Shown here: positions 50,206-58,467 of the stretch, one piece after another
Numbering within the stretch: position 1 is the first letter of the stretch
Layout: the number at the start of each line of letters is the position of its first letter
DNA from: Promethearchaeota archaeon
Lineage (GTDB): Archaea; Asgardarchaeota; Lokiarchaeia; Sigyniarchaeales; SOKP01
Assembly (NCBI GenBank): GCA_030603385.1
Contig: JAUVXW010000002.1
Span: 64,001-128,000, forward strand
Length of the DNA: 64,000 nucleotides
Direction: 5' to 3'
Translations under genes and position numbers: made by a program
The notes under the pieces: generated by a model
Seen by the model: the letters and a program-made list of their open reading frames with translations, nothing else
Database searches by the model: none
Told to the model about the DNA's origin: nothing

Positions 50206-50700
50206 ATTCACTTAGTAATAACTTACTTTAACCAAATATTAGGACCAAGTGTTTTGTTATCTTATCCTGATGAATTGTTAGAGGAAAATCTCATAAATAA
50301 ATTAAAAAAGTTTTTTGATTTAGAAATTGATGAGACCTTCTTCGAAATAATCCTTATTACTAAGAAAAAGAAAATTATCAATTTTCATTTCGAAATTCCG
50401 TCTAAGTGGGCACGTGGGGAAAAGGAGGATGCCATGCTCTCCCTAATAATAAAGAAAGAATATGAAAGTTCTCAATTTTATGCATTTCTAGTAGATTCAT
50501 CGTATAAAATCTTAAAAACTGAAAATGTGTACAAAGCTTTTTATAAAGATGATGAATTTCACGATAATGATATTGAAATTGATATGACGTATGAAATAAT
50601 AAGAAAAATTCTTTTTAACTGTGTATCAAGTCTTATATTACGGATAGAAGATAAAATTAAAGGAGTAGATAAAAAAGAACCGTTTCCTTTCTCTTCGTAA
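50206..50700 (+). CDS. uDENN/NPR2-type longin-like protein; ATT start
   Basis: N-terminal IHLVITYFNQILGPSVLLSYP (FxxxxGP..YP motif) lies upstream of the first TTG; GGTGAG SD at 50195-50200. Confidence 0.65.
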   Translation: MHLVITYFNQILGPSVLLSYPDELLEENLINKLKKFFDLEIDETFFEIILITKKKKIINFHFEIPSKWARGEKEDAMLSLIIKKEYESSQFYAFLVDSSYKILKTENVYKAFYKDDEFHDNDIEIDMTYEIIRKILFNCVSSLILRIEDKIKGVDKKEPFPFSS

Positions 50701-50707
50701 TGAAAAT

Positions 50708-50717
50708 CTTTATAATC
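50708..50717 (+). promoter_or_regulatory. TATA box (CTTTATAATC) preceded by a purine-rich BRE-like stretch; candidate promoter of the downstream ncRNA
   Basis: Lies ~25 nt upstream of the 5' end of the structured element. Confidence 0.4.
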
Positions 50718-50737
50718 TTATTTTCCTATTATAATAA

Positions 50738-50936
50738 TGGGAGAACAATGATGGAATAAACTGCGTTTTCGAGGACTCATACGACTAAAAAATGAGTATG
50801 CAGTGCAAAGTGACGCGAAAATTCGGAGTTAATTAGTCCGTTATAATCCTGTACAAATGGGCTCTTAGTCTAGCAAAGGTGATTACCAAAGCGATGAAGC
50901 TTGAGTCAGTACGCAGGAGACATGACTATGTTCCCA
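50738..50936 (+). ncRNA. Candidate structured non-coding RNA of unknown family
   Basis: GC-enriched convergent intergenic region with no ORF; four nested helices (TGGGAGAACA/TGTTCCCA, CTGCGT/ACGCAG, GACTCA/TGAGTC, GACTAA/TTAGTC). Confidence 0.55.
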
Positions 50937-51063
50937 ATAGCGCATAGAGATTTTTGCCTAGCACGAGAGAACATGTTTGATTTTAAAGGTATTTCCCTAA
51001 AATGAGAATATAGTGTTAGTGTCATTAGGCGAAATCTATGCCATTTTTTAATATTATCTTAAT

Positions 51064-51819
51064 TTATTTTTCTTTTTTAATTAGTGAGAGAATGTCATTG
51101 TATGAACCCAGTAATTCCCTAACATTTGAATTATTTAATCCCTCAAGAGGAGTACCTTCAAAAGCAATCCTACCATCGTTTAAAACCAATATTTTCTCTG
51201 CCCAATTTTCAACAAAAAATAGATTATGTGTAGTGAAGAAAATTGTAATGTTATTCTCTTTTCTTAACTTCTCAATAATTTTTAAATGATTATATATCGA
51301 TTTAAAATCAAGGTTAGCAAAAGGTTCGTCTAATATTAGCAAATTAGGTTTCATTACTAAAACTCCTGCTAATGCTGCTCTCTTTTTTTGACCCCATGAA
51401 AGGTTAAATGGTGAATAATTTCTAAAATCTTCTAAATCAACTGCTTTCAAAGCCCAGCTAACTCTTTCCTTTACTTCGTCATCACCTAATTTTAAGTTTC
51501 TTGCTCCAAAGCTGATATCTTCTTCAATAGTTGGCGCAAAAAGTTGATCATCTGGGTTTTGAAATAAAAAACCAACCGATTGTCTAATTTCCCATAGATC
51601 TCGTTTATTTCTTGTAACATTTTTCTCAAAAATCCTAATTGAACCAGATTTTGGTTTCAATAATCCTACTAATAATCTTAATAAAGTTGTCTTACCTGAT
51701 CCATTATTTCCTGTTAATGCATAAATTGAGTTGTCTTCAATTTTAAAAGAGAGATCGTTAATTTTAAACCGATTATCATAGCTAAAATTTAGATTTTCAA
51801 CTTCTACGGCAAAAATAAT
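51064..51819 (-). CDS. cbiO: ECF (Co/Ni) transporter ATPase CbiO/NikO; ATT start
   Basis: Walker A GNNGSGKT lies upstream of the first TTG; FQNPDDQ, LSWGQ, LDEP; AAGGTG SD 7 nt before ATT 51819. Confidence 0.9.
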   Translation of the reverse strand: MIFAVEVENLNFSYDNRFKINDLSFKIEDNSIYALTGNNGSGKTTLLRLLVGLLKPKSGSIRIFEKNVTRNKRDLWEIRQSVGFLFQNPDDQLFAPTIEEDISFGARNLKLGDDEVKERVSWALKAVDLEDFRNYSPFNLSWGQKKRAALAGVLVMKPNLLILDEPFANLDFKSIYNHLKIIEKLRKENNITIFFTTHNLFFVENWAEKILVLNDGRIAFEGTPLEGLNNSNVRELLGSYNDILSLIKKEK

Positions 51820-52607
51820 GTAATTACACCTTGATATATTGATTGCAAATTTAATATAAAAATCATAAAAACCATGATTACACTGAAAAGAGTAAAAAAA
51901 CTTAAATCAATTAATGTAAATTTTTTAGGAGCAAATGTTATTTTACCTGTAAAACCTCGCATTTTCAAACTTTCGTATAGTTTTTCACTTTTCTCCATAT
52001 TTATTACAATACTCTTTCCCATAATAAAAGCGTGTGATTTTAATTTCTGATAATATGATGCGATATTTTTACCACGCATTTCTTGTGCTTCTAGTATCTT
52101 TCTATTTGAGTTTGCTAAGATTGGAATATAATGCAACATAATTATTAAGGATCCTACAAAAATGGATGGGATTCTTAACTTTGTTAAAGCTTCTATGAAT
52201 TCAGAATAAGTTAAAGTTGAGAAAAAGGACATAAATACAAATAATGCCCCAAGAACTCTTAAAATTGTTAGAGAAGCTAAAATTAATCCTTCCTTAAAAA
52301 TTGTTATCGTAATTCCCATATTGAATTGATAAAGAACAATATCTCCAACGTATAAAGGAATGAATATCGTTAGTAGAAATATAAAGGGAATGACTATTCT
52401 TAATCTTGAGAGTATTTCTATTATGTTTAATCTAAATATTAAATCAATAATAAAAATAATTAATAGAATAGAAACTATCAGATAAATATCATCTATAATG
52501 ATAAAAGGTATTACAAAAATAAACGGTAAAATTAAACGAGTTAAAGGGTGACTTTTTTTTAAATAAATTTTCTCATCTTCAAGTCTAAAAGGTAAGTTTA
52601 TCTTCAA
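51804..52607 (-). CDS. cbiQ: ECF transmembrane component CbiQ/NikQ
   Basis: TM helices; AQEMRG and SLKMRGF coupling motifs. Confidence 0.88.
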   Translation of the reverse strand: MKINLPFRLEDEKIYLKKSHPLTRLILPFIFVIPFIIIDDIYLIVSILLIIFIIDLIFRLNIIEILSRLRIVIPFIFLLTIFIPLYVGDIVLYQFNMGITITIFKEGLILASLTILRVLGALFVFMSFFSTLTYSEFIEALTKLRIPSIFVGSLIIMLHYIPILANSNRKILEAQEMRGKNIASYYQKLKSHAFIMGKSIVINMEKSEKLYESLKMRGFTGKITFAPKKFTLIDLSFFTLFSVIMVFMIFILNLQSIYQGVITLFLP

Positions 52608-52650
52608 AATTTAATCAACTTAACAAAAAATTTAAACAATTCAATCCGTC

Positions 52651-52735
52651 TTTTTCATACTTTTTTTTAAAAAAAGTAATATTTAATAATTTTCATACTT
52701 TTTTATAATATAGTAACATTTTAATATATCATTAC
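52651..52735. promoter_or_regulatory. Tandem imperfect repeat with NikR-like half-sites in the divergent cbiQO/cbiM promoter
   Basis: TCATAC-N15-GTAATA, then TCATAC-N14-GTAACA, then CATTAC. Confidence 0.4.
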
Positions 52736-52763
52736 AAAAAAAATTAACTATTGTGTTTTAAAA

Positions 52764-53783
52764 ATGCATATACCAGATGGTTTATTAAATCCAACCACAA
52801 TTATTTTCCTTTGGGTTATTGTTATAGTGGTAATGATTCTTGGATATTTTAAAATAGGGAAAATCTTTGAGAAAGAAGATTCTGAAAAATTAGTTCCCTA
52901 TATTGGAGTATTGGCAGCAGTTATTTTTGCATTTCAATTTGTTAACTATCCTGTTCCTGGAGGAACTTCTGGTCATTTAATTGGAGGAACACTTATTGCT
53001 ATTATATTGGGACCATGGGCTTCTGTTATAATTCTCTTCTTGGTTTTAGTTGTACAGAGCTTATTTGGAGATGGAGGAATTCTTGCCATGGGAGCAAATG
53101 CTTTCAATATGGGAATAATTGGGGGAATAGTTGGATTCTATATTGTTGTATTTATTGTAAAAATCTTAAATAAAACATCTATTAGAAAAGAATTAAAAGT
53201 TTCTATTGCAACAGCGATTGGTGCGTATATTTCTATCATTTTAGCTGCGTTTATATGTGCTATTGAATTAGGTGTTTCTGGAGCAGTCCCTTATGGGATA
53301 GCAATTCCTGCAATGGTTTATTGGCACCTTTTGATTGGCATTGGTGAAGCAATTATATCTTCTTTAATAATATTCTATATTTATAGAGTGAAACCAGATC
53401 TTATTACAACAGAACCAATAATGATGAATAAAGTTATACTTATCAATATTTCTAAATATAAAAGACCTATTACTTCAACATTAGCTGTTACTGGGTTATT
53501 AATGCTGATGATAGCAGTTGGATTCACTATTGGGATATTATCTGGTGCGCCAGATGGATTAGAACGTGTATTGATCGATCAAAATGGTGAATCATGGTTA
53601 GATAATTTAGCATCTCCGTGGATACCTCTATTAAGTTGGATTACAAATGATTATGGTGCCGCAATTATAGGTATTGTTATTTCTATTCTTATAATATCTT
53701 CTACTTTCTACTTAATCATCCGATATAAAAAAAAGAATACAAATAATTCGTCTGCTTCTCACGATTTAATGAAAAATGCATGA
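52764..53783 (+). CDS. cbiM: CbiM/NikM substrate-binding component fused to a NikN-like PDGLE domain
   Basis: N-terminal MHIPDG, GTSGHLIG, HLLIGIGE, C-terminal PDGLE. Confidence 0.92.
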   Translation: MHIPDGLLNPTTIIFLWVIVIVVMILGYFKIGKIFEKEDSEKLVPYIGVLAAVIFAFQFVNYPVPGGTSGHLIGGTLIAIILGPWASVIILFLVLVVQSLFGDGGILAMGANAFNMGIIGGIVGFYIVVFIVKILNKTSIRKELKVSIATAIGAYISIILAAFICAIELGVSGAVPYGIAIPAMVYWHLLIGIGEAIISSLIIFYIYRVKPDLITTEPIMMNKVILINISKYKRPITSTLAVTGLLMLMIAVGFTIGILSGAPDGLERVLIDQNGESWLDNLASPWIPLLSWITNDYGAAIIGIVISILIISSTFYLIIRYKKKNTNNSSASHDLMKNA

Positions 53784-53957
53784 TCTTAATTTGAATTGTG
53801 GTTCTTAGGTTTCATTTCTATCTTTCTTTTTTTTATTTTTAATAATTAATAAGATATTATTGAATAATTTAGAGCCCTATATTCAACTTTAAAATATCTA
53901 AATTAATTAATAAGAAAATTCTTGTTAATATAATAAAATTTACTTTAATTTCCTTCG

Positions 53958-54554
53958 ATGAATTTAATATTTTTTATTAAATCTGGAACAGTTAATCTCG
54001 ATAACTATACTATTAAAGATATTCCAGGGTCTTCTGGCAGATTAGATGTAATTTCAAGGTGTATTCTAGCGGCTATACTAAGTACAGGAGATTTTGAAAA
54101 AAAAATTCAAATTTGGGTCTTTTTAGACAATTATGGTACATTCGTTTTTAACCCAGAATTATTAGATTATAGAAATTTTCCTAAAACTGAATTAATGTTA
54201 ACAGACCATTTTGTAACCTTCCTATTAAAATCAAATTTAGGAGAAAAACCAAATTATAATCCACTTAATTCTGTTATAACATCAAACATGAGTATTATAG
54301 AAGCTATAAAAAAATTTCAAAAAATAAATTATAGGATATTTGCTTTAAAAGAAGATGGTAATGATTTTTTCAAGGTAAAAAGCAAAATTCAAGAGAAGAG
54401 GGAGATCTTATTTATTATTGGTAGTCAGGAAGATGAATTTCTTAATTCAAAGGAATTATTAGCATTAAAAATTCCAACCATAAGTATTGGAAATCAATCA
54501 TATTTAGCTTCTTCAGTTATTAGGTTGTTGAAATTACACATATTATTATTATAA
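53958..54554 (+). CDS. trmY: tRNA (pseudouridine54-N1)-methyltransferase, SPOUT fold
   Basis: DIPGSSGRLDVISRCI, LKEDG, ISIG..YLAS. Confidence 0.82.
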   Translation: MNLIFFIKSGTVNLDNYTIKDIPGSSGRLDVISRCILAAILSTGDFEKKIQIWVFLDNYGTFVFNPELLDYRNFPKTELMLTDHFVTFLLKSNLGEKPNYNPLNSVITSNMSIIEAIKKFQKINYRIFALKEDGNDFFKVKSKIQEKREILFIIGSQEDEFLNSKELLALKIPTISIGNQSYLASSVIRLLKLHILLL

Positions 54555-54625
54555 TAAATTTTTTATTAGAGAGAAATTTTAAAAATATTAATCTAAATTA
54601 TAGGATTTTAGGATTCAAAAAGGAA

Positions 54626-55321
54626 TTGAATGAGATAGAAGATTCAAATAAAAGAGCTCGACAGAGAGAATTTTCAAGTAGATTTATTAATCGCCCAGTG
54701 GAATTTTTAATTAAACATAATATTACACCTAATAAGATTTCTTATATAGGATTCATCTGTTCAATAGTTGCATCATTATTAATTGCGATATTTGGATTGT
54801 ATTTTTCTGTATGGCTTTCTTGGATTATTCCTTCTATAATGGGAATAGGTGGTGCTATGGATTTATTTGATGGAGAAGTAGCAAGAAGAACAGATAAAGA
54901 AACTCAAACTGGTGCATTTTTAGATTCGAATTTAGATAGACTTTCTGATGCTATTTGTGTTTTGGGTTTAATTTATGGAGGTTTGCTAAACTATTTATTA
55001 GGTTATATTATTTTATTTTTAGTTATTATGATTTCTTATGTACGTTCAAGAGCTGAAAATGAGGGTGTTAATATGAAAGGAATCGGTTTTATGGAACGAG
55101 CTGAACGGGTCCTATTTTTACTTTTTGCTATAATTGGAGAACTAATATTTTATTTTGTAACATCCCTTTCATTAGGTAAACCTATAACAATTGCTATCCC
55201 TTTTATCACTAGAGTAGCAGTCACACCAGTTTTTCTTATCAGCATAATCATTTATACTTTTACCTTAATTTATACGGTCCTACAAAGATTAAGTTATACT
55301 TTTAAGAATTTAGACAGCTAA
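54626..55321 (+). CDS. CDP-alcohol phosphatidyltransferase (archaetidylinositol phosphate synthase-like)
   Basis: DLFDGEVARR..GAFLDSNLDRLSD, SYVRSRAE, ERAER. Confidence 0.9.
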   Translation: MNEIEDSNKRARQREFSSRFINRPVEFLIKHNITPNKISYIGFICSIVASLLIAIFGLYFSVWLSWIIPSIMGIGGAMDLFDGEVARRTDKETQTGAFLDSNLDRLSDAICVLGLIYGGLLNYLLGYIILFLVIMISYVRSRAENEGVNMKGIGFMERAERVLFLLFAIIGELIFYFVTSLSLGKPITIAIPFITRVAVTPVFLISIIIYTFTLIYTVLQRLSYTFKNLDS

Positions 55322-55484
55322 AATCCAAATCATACTAAGATATAGTCAAATCTATAAAATTTTTTACCTCCTATTCATTTTCGAAATTTACTATGCTTAA
55401 GGATAAATTTTTTAAGTTTTATCTAATTCAATTTCATTAGAGATATTAAAAATAATAAGATAAAATTAAAACTAGCTGATTTAT

Positions 55485-55757
55485 ATTCCGAAAAAAAGAA
55501 AAAGTGGCGGAAAAACAGGAAGCCGGAAGGGCCAGGATCATAAAGTTCAATGCTATAAATGTGGTCGATTTGTTGCTCGTAGTAAAGCTAAAGCTGTTAC
55601 AAGAAGAACATCTTTAGTTGATGGTAGAATGTATGCTGAATTAAAAAAAGCAGGTACAATAATAATGGGTTCTTCTTCGACTAAATACTACTGTATTAGC
55701 TGCGCAATTCACAGCCATCAAATAAGCCAACGAGATAAAAGTTTAAGAAAACAATAA
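55485..55757 (+). CDS. rps26e: 30S ribosomal protein eS26 (absent from the ORF track); ATT start
   Basis: (ATT)PKKRKSGGKTGSRKGQDHKVQCYKCGRFVARSKAK...YYCISCAIH...LRKQ*. Confidence 0.93.
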   Translation: MPKKRKSGGKTGSRKGQDHKVQCYKCGRFVARSKAKAVTRRTSLVDGRMYAELKKAGTIIMGSSSTKYYCISCAIHSHQISQRDKSLRKQ

Positions 55758-55809
55758 CAGTTATAAAGTTAACTTTATTTTTTATTGCTTTTTTTGACAG
55801 AAAAACTTT

Positions 55810-57801
55810 TCACAAATTCAATTGTTTAAAGAAAGTTGGAAGAGTATAGTTAATCTTAACTTGATTTTTTTGAGTAGTTTCAATAATAGCGCGGATTAAA
55901 TAATCGTTTTTCAAATCTTCATCAGGTTCATAAATTTTTACTTTTGCTGTCGGTTTTATTTTGAGAGTATAATTTTCTGCTATTCCAGTAACATTTTCAT
56001 TTGTCTTTACTATAACTCCTAATAAACCTAATTCATAATGAGACACTATAAAAAGTATTTGGTTTTGATTACTAGAGCTTTTTTCAAAATAGACTACTTC
56101 AAGGAAATCTTCTTTAAGTTCTTTAGGTAATTTTGAAAAGGGGATAACTTTCTTCTTCCCGGTGATATAAGGGAATGGTGTATAAAATAATTGATTAAAA
56201 CTTGAGATTTTTTTTATTTGTTCATTATATTTTTCCACATCTTTAATTGAATATGCCTTATCTAATAAAAGATCCAACTTATCAACCATATCTTCTGCTG
56301 AATAACCGGCTAATACGGTGGCAATATATGATCTCTTGAGTTTCTCAATTAAAATTTCGCTTTTTAATGTCAATTTATAATCAATAGAGACTTCTAATGC
56401 TTGATTATATAAATTTGCCGCAATTTGAGAATGTCCTAAAGCTAAGAAGTAATCACCGAGTTCACTAAATACTATAATAGCATCAAGAAAGTTTTCATCT
56501 AGATCCATGTTTGAAATTTCTTCCATTATTAGCATTGCTGTTTCTTTATCTTCACCTTGCATGTATAGAGCTATAGCTTTTCCTATTAAACATTTTAATT
56601 TTAATCTGTCATCTTCATAAATTTCTGCTAACTCCTCGGTAAAGTTGTATTGCATGATTGCATTTCTATACAATCCGTGAAAAATGTAGATTAAAGCTTT
56701 AACATAATTAAGAGTTAAACATGTTTTATGATTATGGATAATTGTTGAAAATAAAGCTGCTCTATCAAGTGAGCTGATAGCCGAATTAATTCTACCAAGT
56801 GATACTAATAAAAATGCTCGTAAAAACTCCATTTTGCTGATCTCTGAGCAAATAAGTTGTTCAACGACTTCATAATCTTTAGTTTTTGTTAACTGCCCTG
56901 ACGCAACTTGAAGTAACGATATTAAAAACCTATTTCCCTTTTTCAAATGTTTTACTGCTTCTTTTGATTCACTTTTTACGATAGCGTCTTTTGCTCTGTT
57001 CATGTATTCTCTAGAAATTTTTAAATTCTCAAGGAATTTTATAATACCCAGTACTTGCTCTTCTTCACTCTTGGGGAGATCTTGGTTAGTGATAAACTTT
57101 TCAGCAATATTAATCTCTTCTAAATACCTAGAGGCACCAATTTCAAATTTCATACCAACATCTGGGTTCTCTAATTCAACATCTTGCGTCAATATCGAGT
57201 CTTCGGTAACCGTAATTGCTTTTTCAATTAGCCAAGTAATCTTTTGTTCAGCAGGATAGGTTTTAGAACGTTCAATCATATAGGATAATGTATAATTTAG
57301 ACTTCTCTTCCAAATATCTTTGAAATATTTTCTCATTTGAGAATTAGTGGTTGTTCTCTGTATCTTTAGAAGGAAACTCGAAAGAGATAATATATTAATT
57401 CTTCCTTTGTAGAGTAAGCTAGTATTTTTTACAAGCTTAAAATCGTCTGTTACTAGGTGAATAGGAAAGGATTCTCCATCATCTATTAAATTTTTCGCAA
57501 TGTAAACCAATGAAAGATCTGGATCCTGGGCGGGAAATCTTATGTTATATGGAATGAGATCATTCTTTATATCATCAATTTCTATAGGTAATATCTCTTT
57601 TACATTCAACATTTGCCGTAGTTTGTCTTTATAGGTGTGCGGAGCTTTTATTTCATTAAATACTACTTCAGAGATATAATATTCATAACCTAACTCTTTC
57701 GCTGCTTTTTCTAAATTTCCTAAAATATTTCGAGCTCTAATTTGAAGCATACAAATGAAGAAATTAGCATCAAATACAACGTATTCTTTTTTGTCGGGCA
57801 T
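55810..57801 (-). CDS. PIN-domain nuclease fused to TPR-like repeats and a beta-rich C-terminal domain
   Basis: VVFDANFF, SEVVFNEI, QDPDLSL, LVTDDFKL acidic tetrad; TPR-like helices in the middle. Confidence 0.8.
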   Translation of the reverse strand: MPDKKEYVVFDANFFICMLQIRARNILGNLEKAAKELGYEYYISEVVFNEIKAPHTYKDKLRQMLNVKEILPIEIDDIKNDLIPYNIRFPAQDPDLSLVYIAKNLIDDGESFPIHLVTDDFKLVKNTSLLYKGRINILSLSSFLLKIQRTTTNSQMRKYFKDIWKRSLNYTLSYMIERSKTYPAEQKITWLIEKAITVTEDSILTQDVELENPDVGMKFEIGASRYLEEINIAEKFITNQDLPKSEEEQVLGIIKFLENLKISREYMNRAKDAIVKSESKEAVKHLKKGNRFLISLLQVASGQLTKTKDYEVVEQLICSEISKMEFLRAFLLVSLGRINSAISSLDRAALFSTIIHNHKTCLTLNYVKALIYIFHGLYRNAIMQYNFTEELAEIYEDDRLKLKCLIGKAIALYMQGEDKETAMLIMEEISNMDLDENFLDAIIVFSELGDYFLALGHSQIAANLYNQALEVSIDYKLTLKSEILIEKLKRSYIATVLAGYSAEDMVDKLDLLLDKAYSIKDVEKYNEQIKKISSFNQLFYTPFPYITGKKKVIPFSKLPKELKEDFLEVVYFEKSSSNQNQILFIVSHYELGLLGVIVKTNENVTGIAENYTLKIKPTAKVKIYEPDEDLKNDYLIRAIIETTQKNQVKINYTLPTFFKQLNL

Positions 57802-57949
57802 CTGCGCTCGATAGTATTTTGAATTCTACATAAAAATCTTAATTAAATAAATATATATTAAATAGTAAAATATTATAATGTTTTTTTATTGCTAAGAATA
57901 AAAATAATTAAGAAAACTTGAATTTTATTTGTAGATTAAATTTACAAAT

Positions 57950-58465
57950 GTGGTTATTATTAGAATTATTGATGTTATAGGATATTCTGGCACGGGGAAG
58001 ACATACTTTATTAAGAATGCGATAAAATTGTTCAAAGACAGGTTGGGTAATAACGTTACAGTAATTAAAAATATTAAACACCATCAAATTGATAAGAAAG
58101 GAAAGGATTCCCATATATTCACAGAATCTGGAGCATCTTATTCAATAATTCAAAACCTCAATAAAGAAATGGCTATTTTTTTAAATGCAGAAGAGATTAG
58201 ATTAGACGAATTTATTAATTGGTTGGATCGAGGTCCTTATGAAATTGATATAATGTTTACTGAAGGATTTAGGGATTTGAACCATCCCACAGTTCTATGT
58301 ATAAGCAACATAGATGAGATTGAACCTCAATTAACAGATAACGTGAAAATGATTTCTGGAATTATTTGTGGAAAAAATGTTATTGAAAACATAACTTTGG
58401 GTGTACCTATTATTAATATAGAAGAAGACTTTCAGAGATTTTTAGAAATTTTTAATATAACATAA
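57950..58465 (+). CDS. mobB: Molybdopterin-guanine dinucleotide biosynthesis protein B
   Basis: GYSGTGKT, DKKGKDS, TEGFR. Confidence 0.88.
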   Translation: MVIIRIIDVIGYSGTGKTYFIKNAIKLFKDRLGNNVTVIKNIKHHQIDKKGKDSHIFTESGASYSIIQNLNKEMAIFLNAEEIRLDEFINWLDRGPYEIDIMFTEGFRDLNHPTVLCISNIDEIEPQLTDNVKMISGIICGKNVIENITLGVPIINIEEDFQRFLEIFNIT

Positions 58466-58467
58466 GA

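Noticed and set aside
50738-50936. RNase P/MRP RNA, SRP RNA or SECIS as the identity of the structured element
   Set aside because: ACAAATGGGCTCTTA resembles the P/MRP CR-V, but there is no matching GGAAnnUC CR-I or P4 partner. There is no SRP helix-8 GNRA/AGCAG motif. The SECIS stem would be too short, and neighbouring genes have no in-frame TGA.
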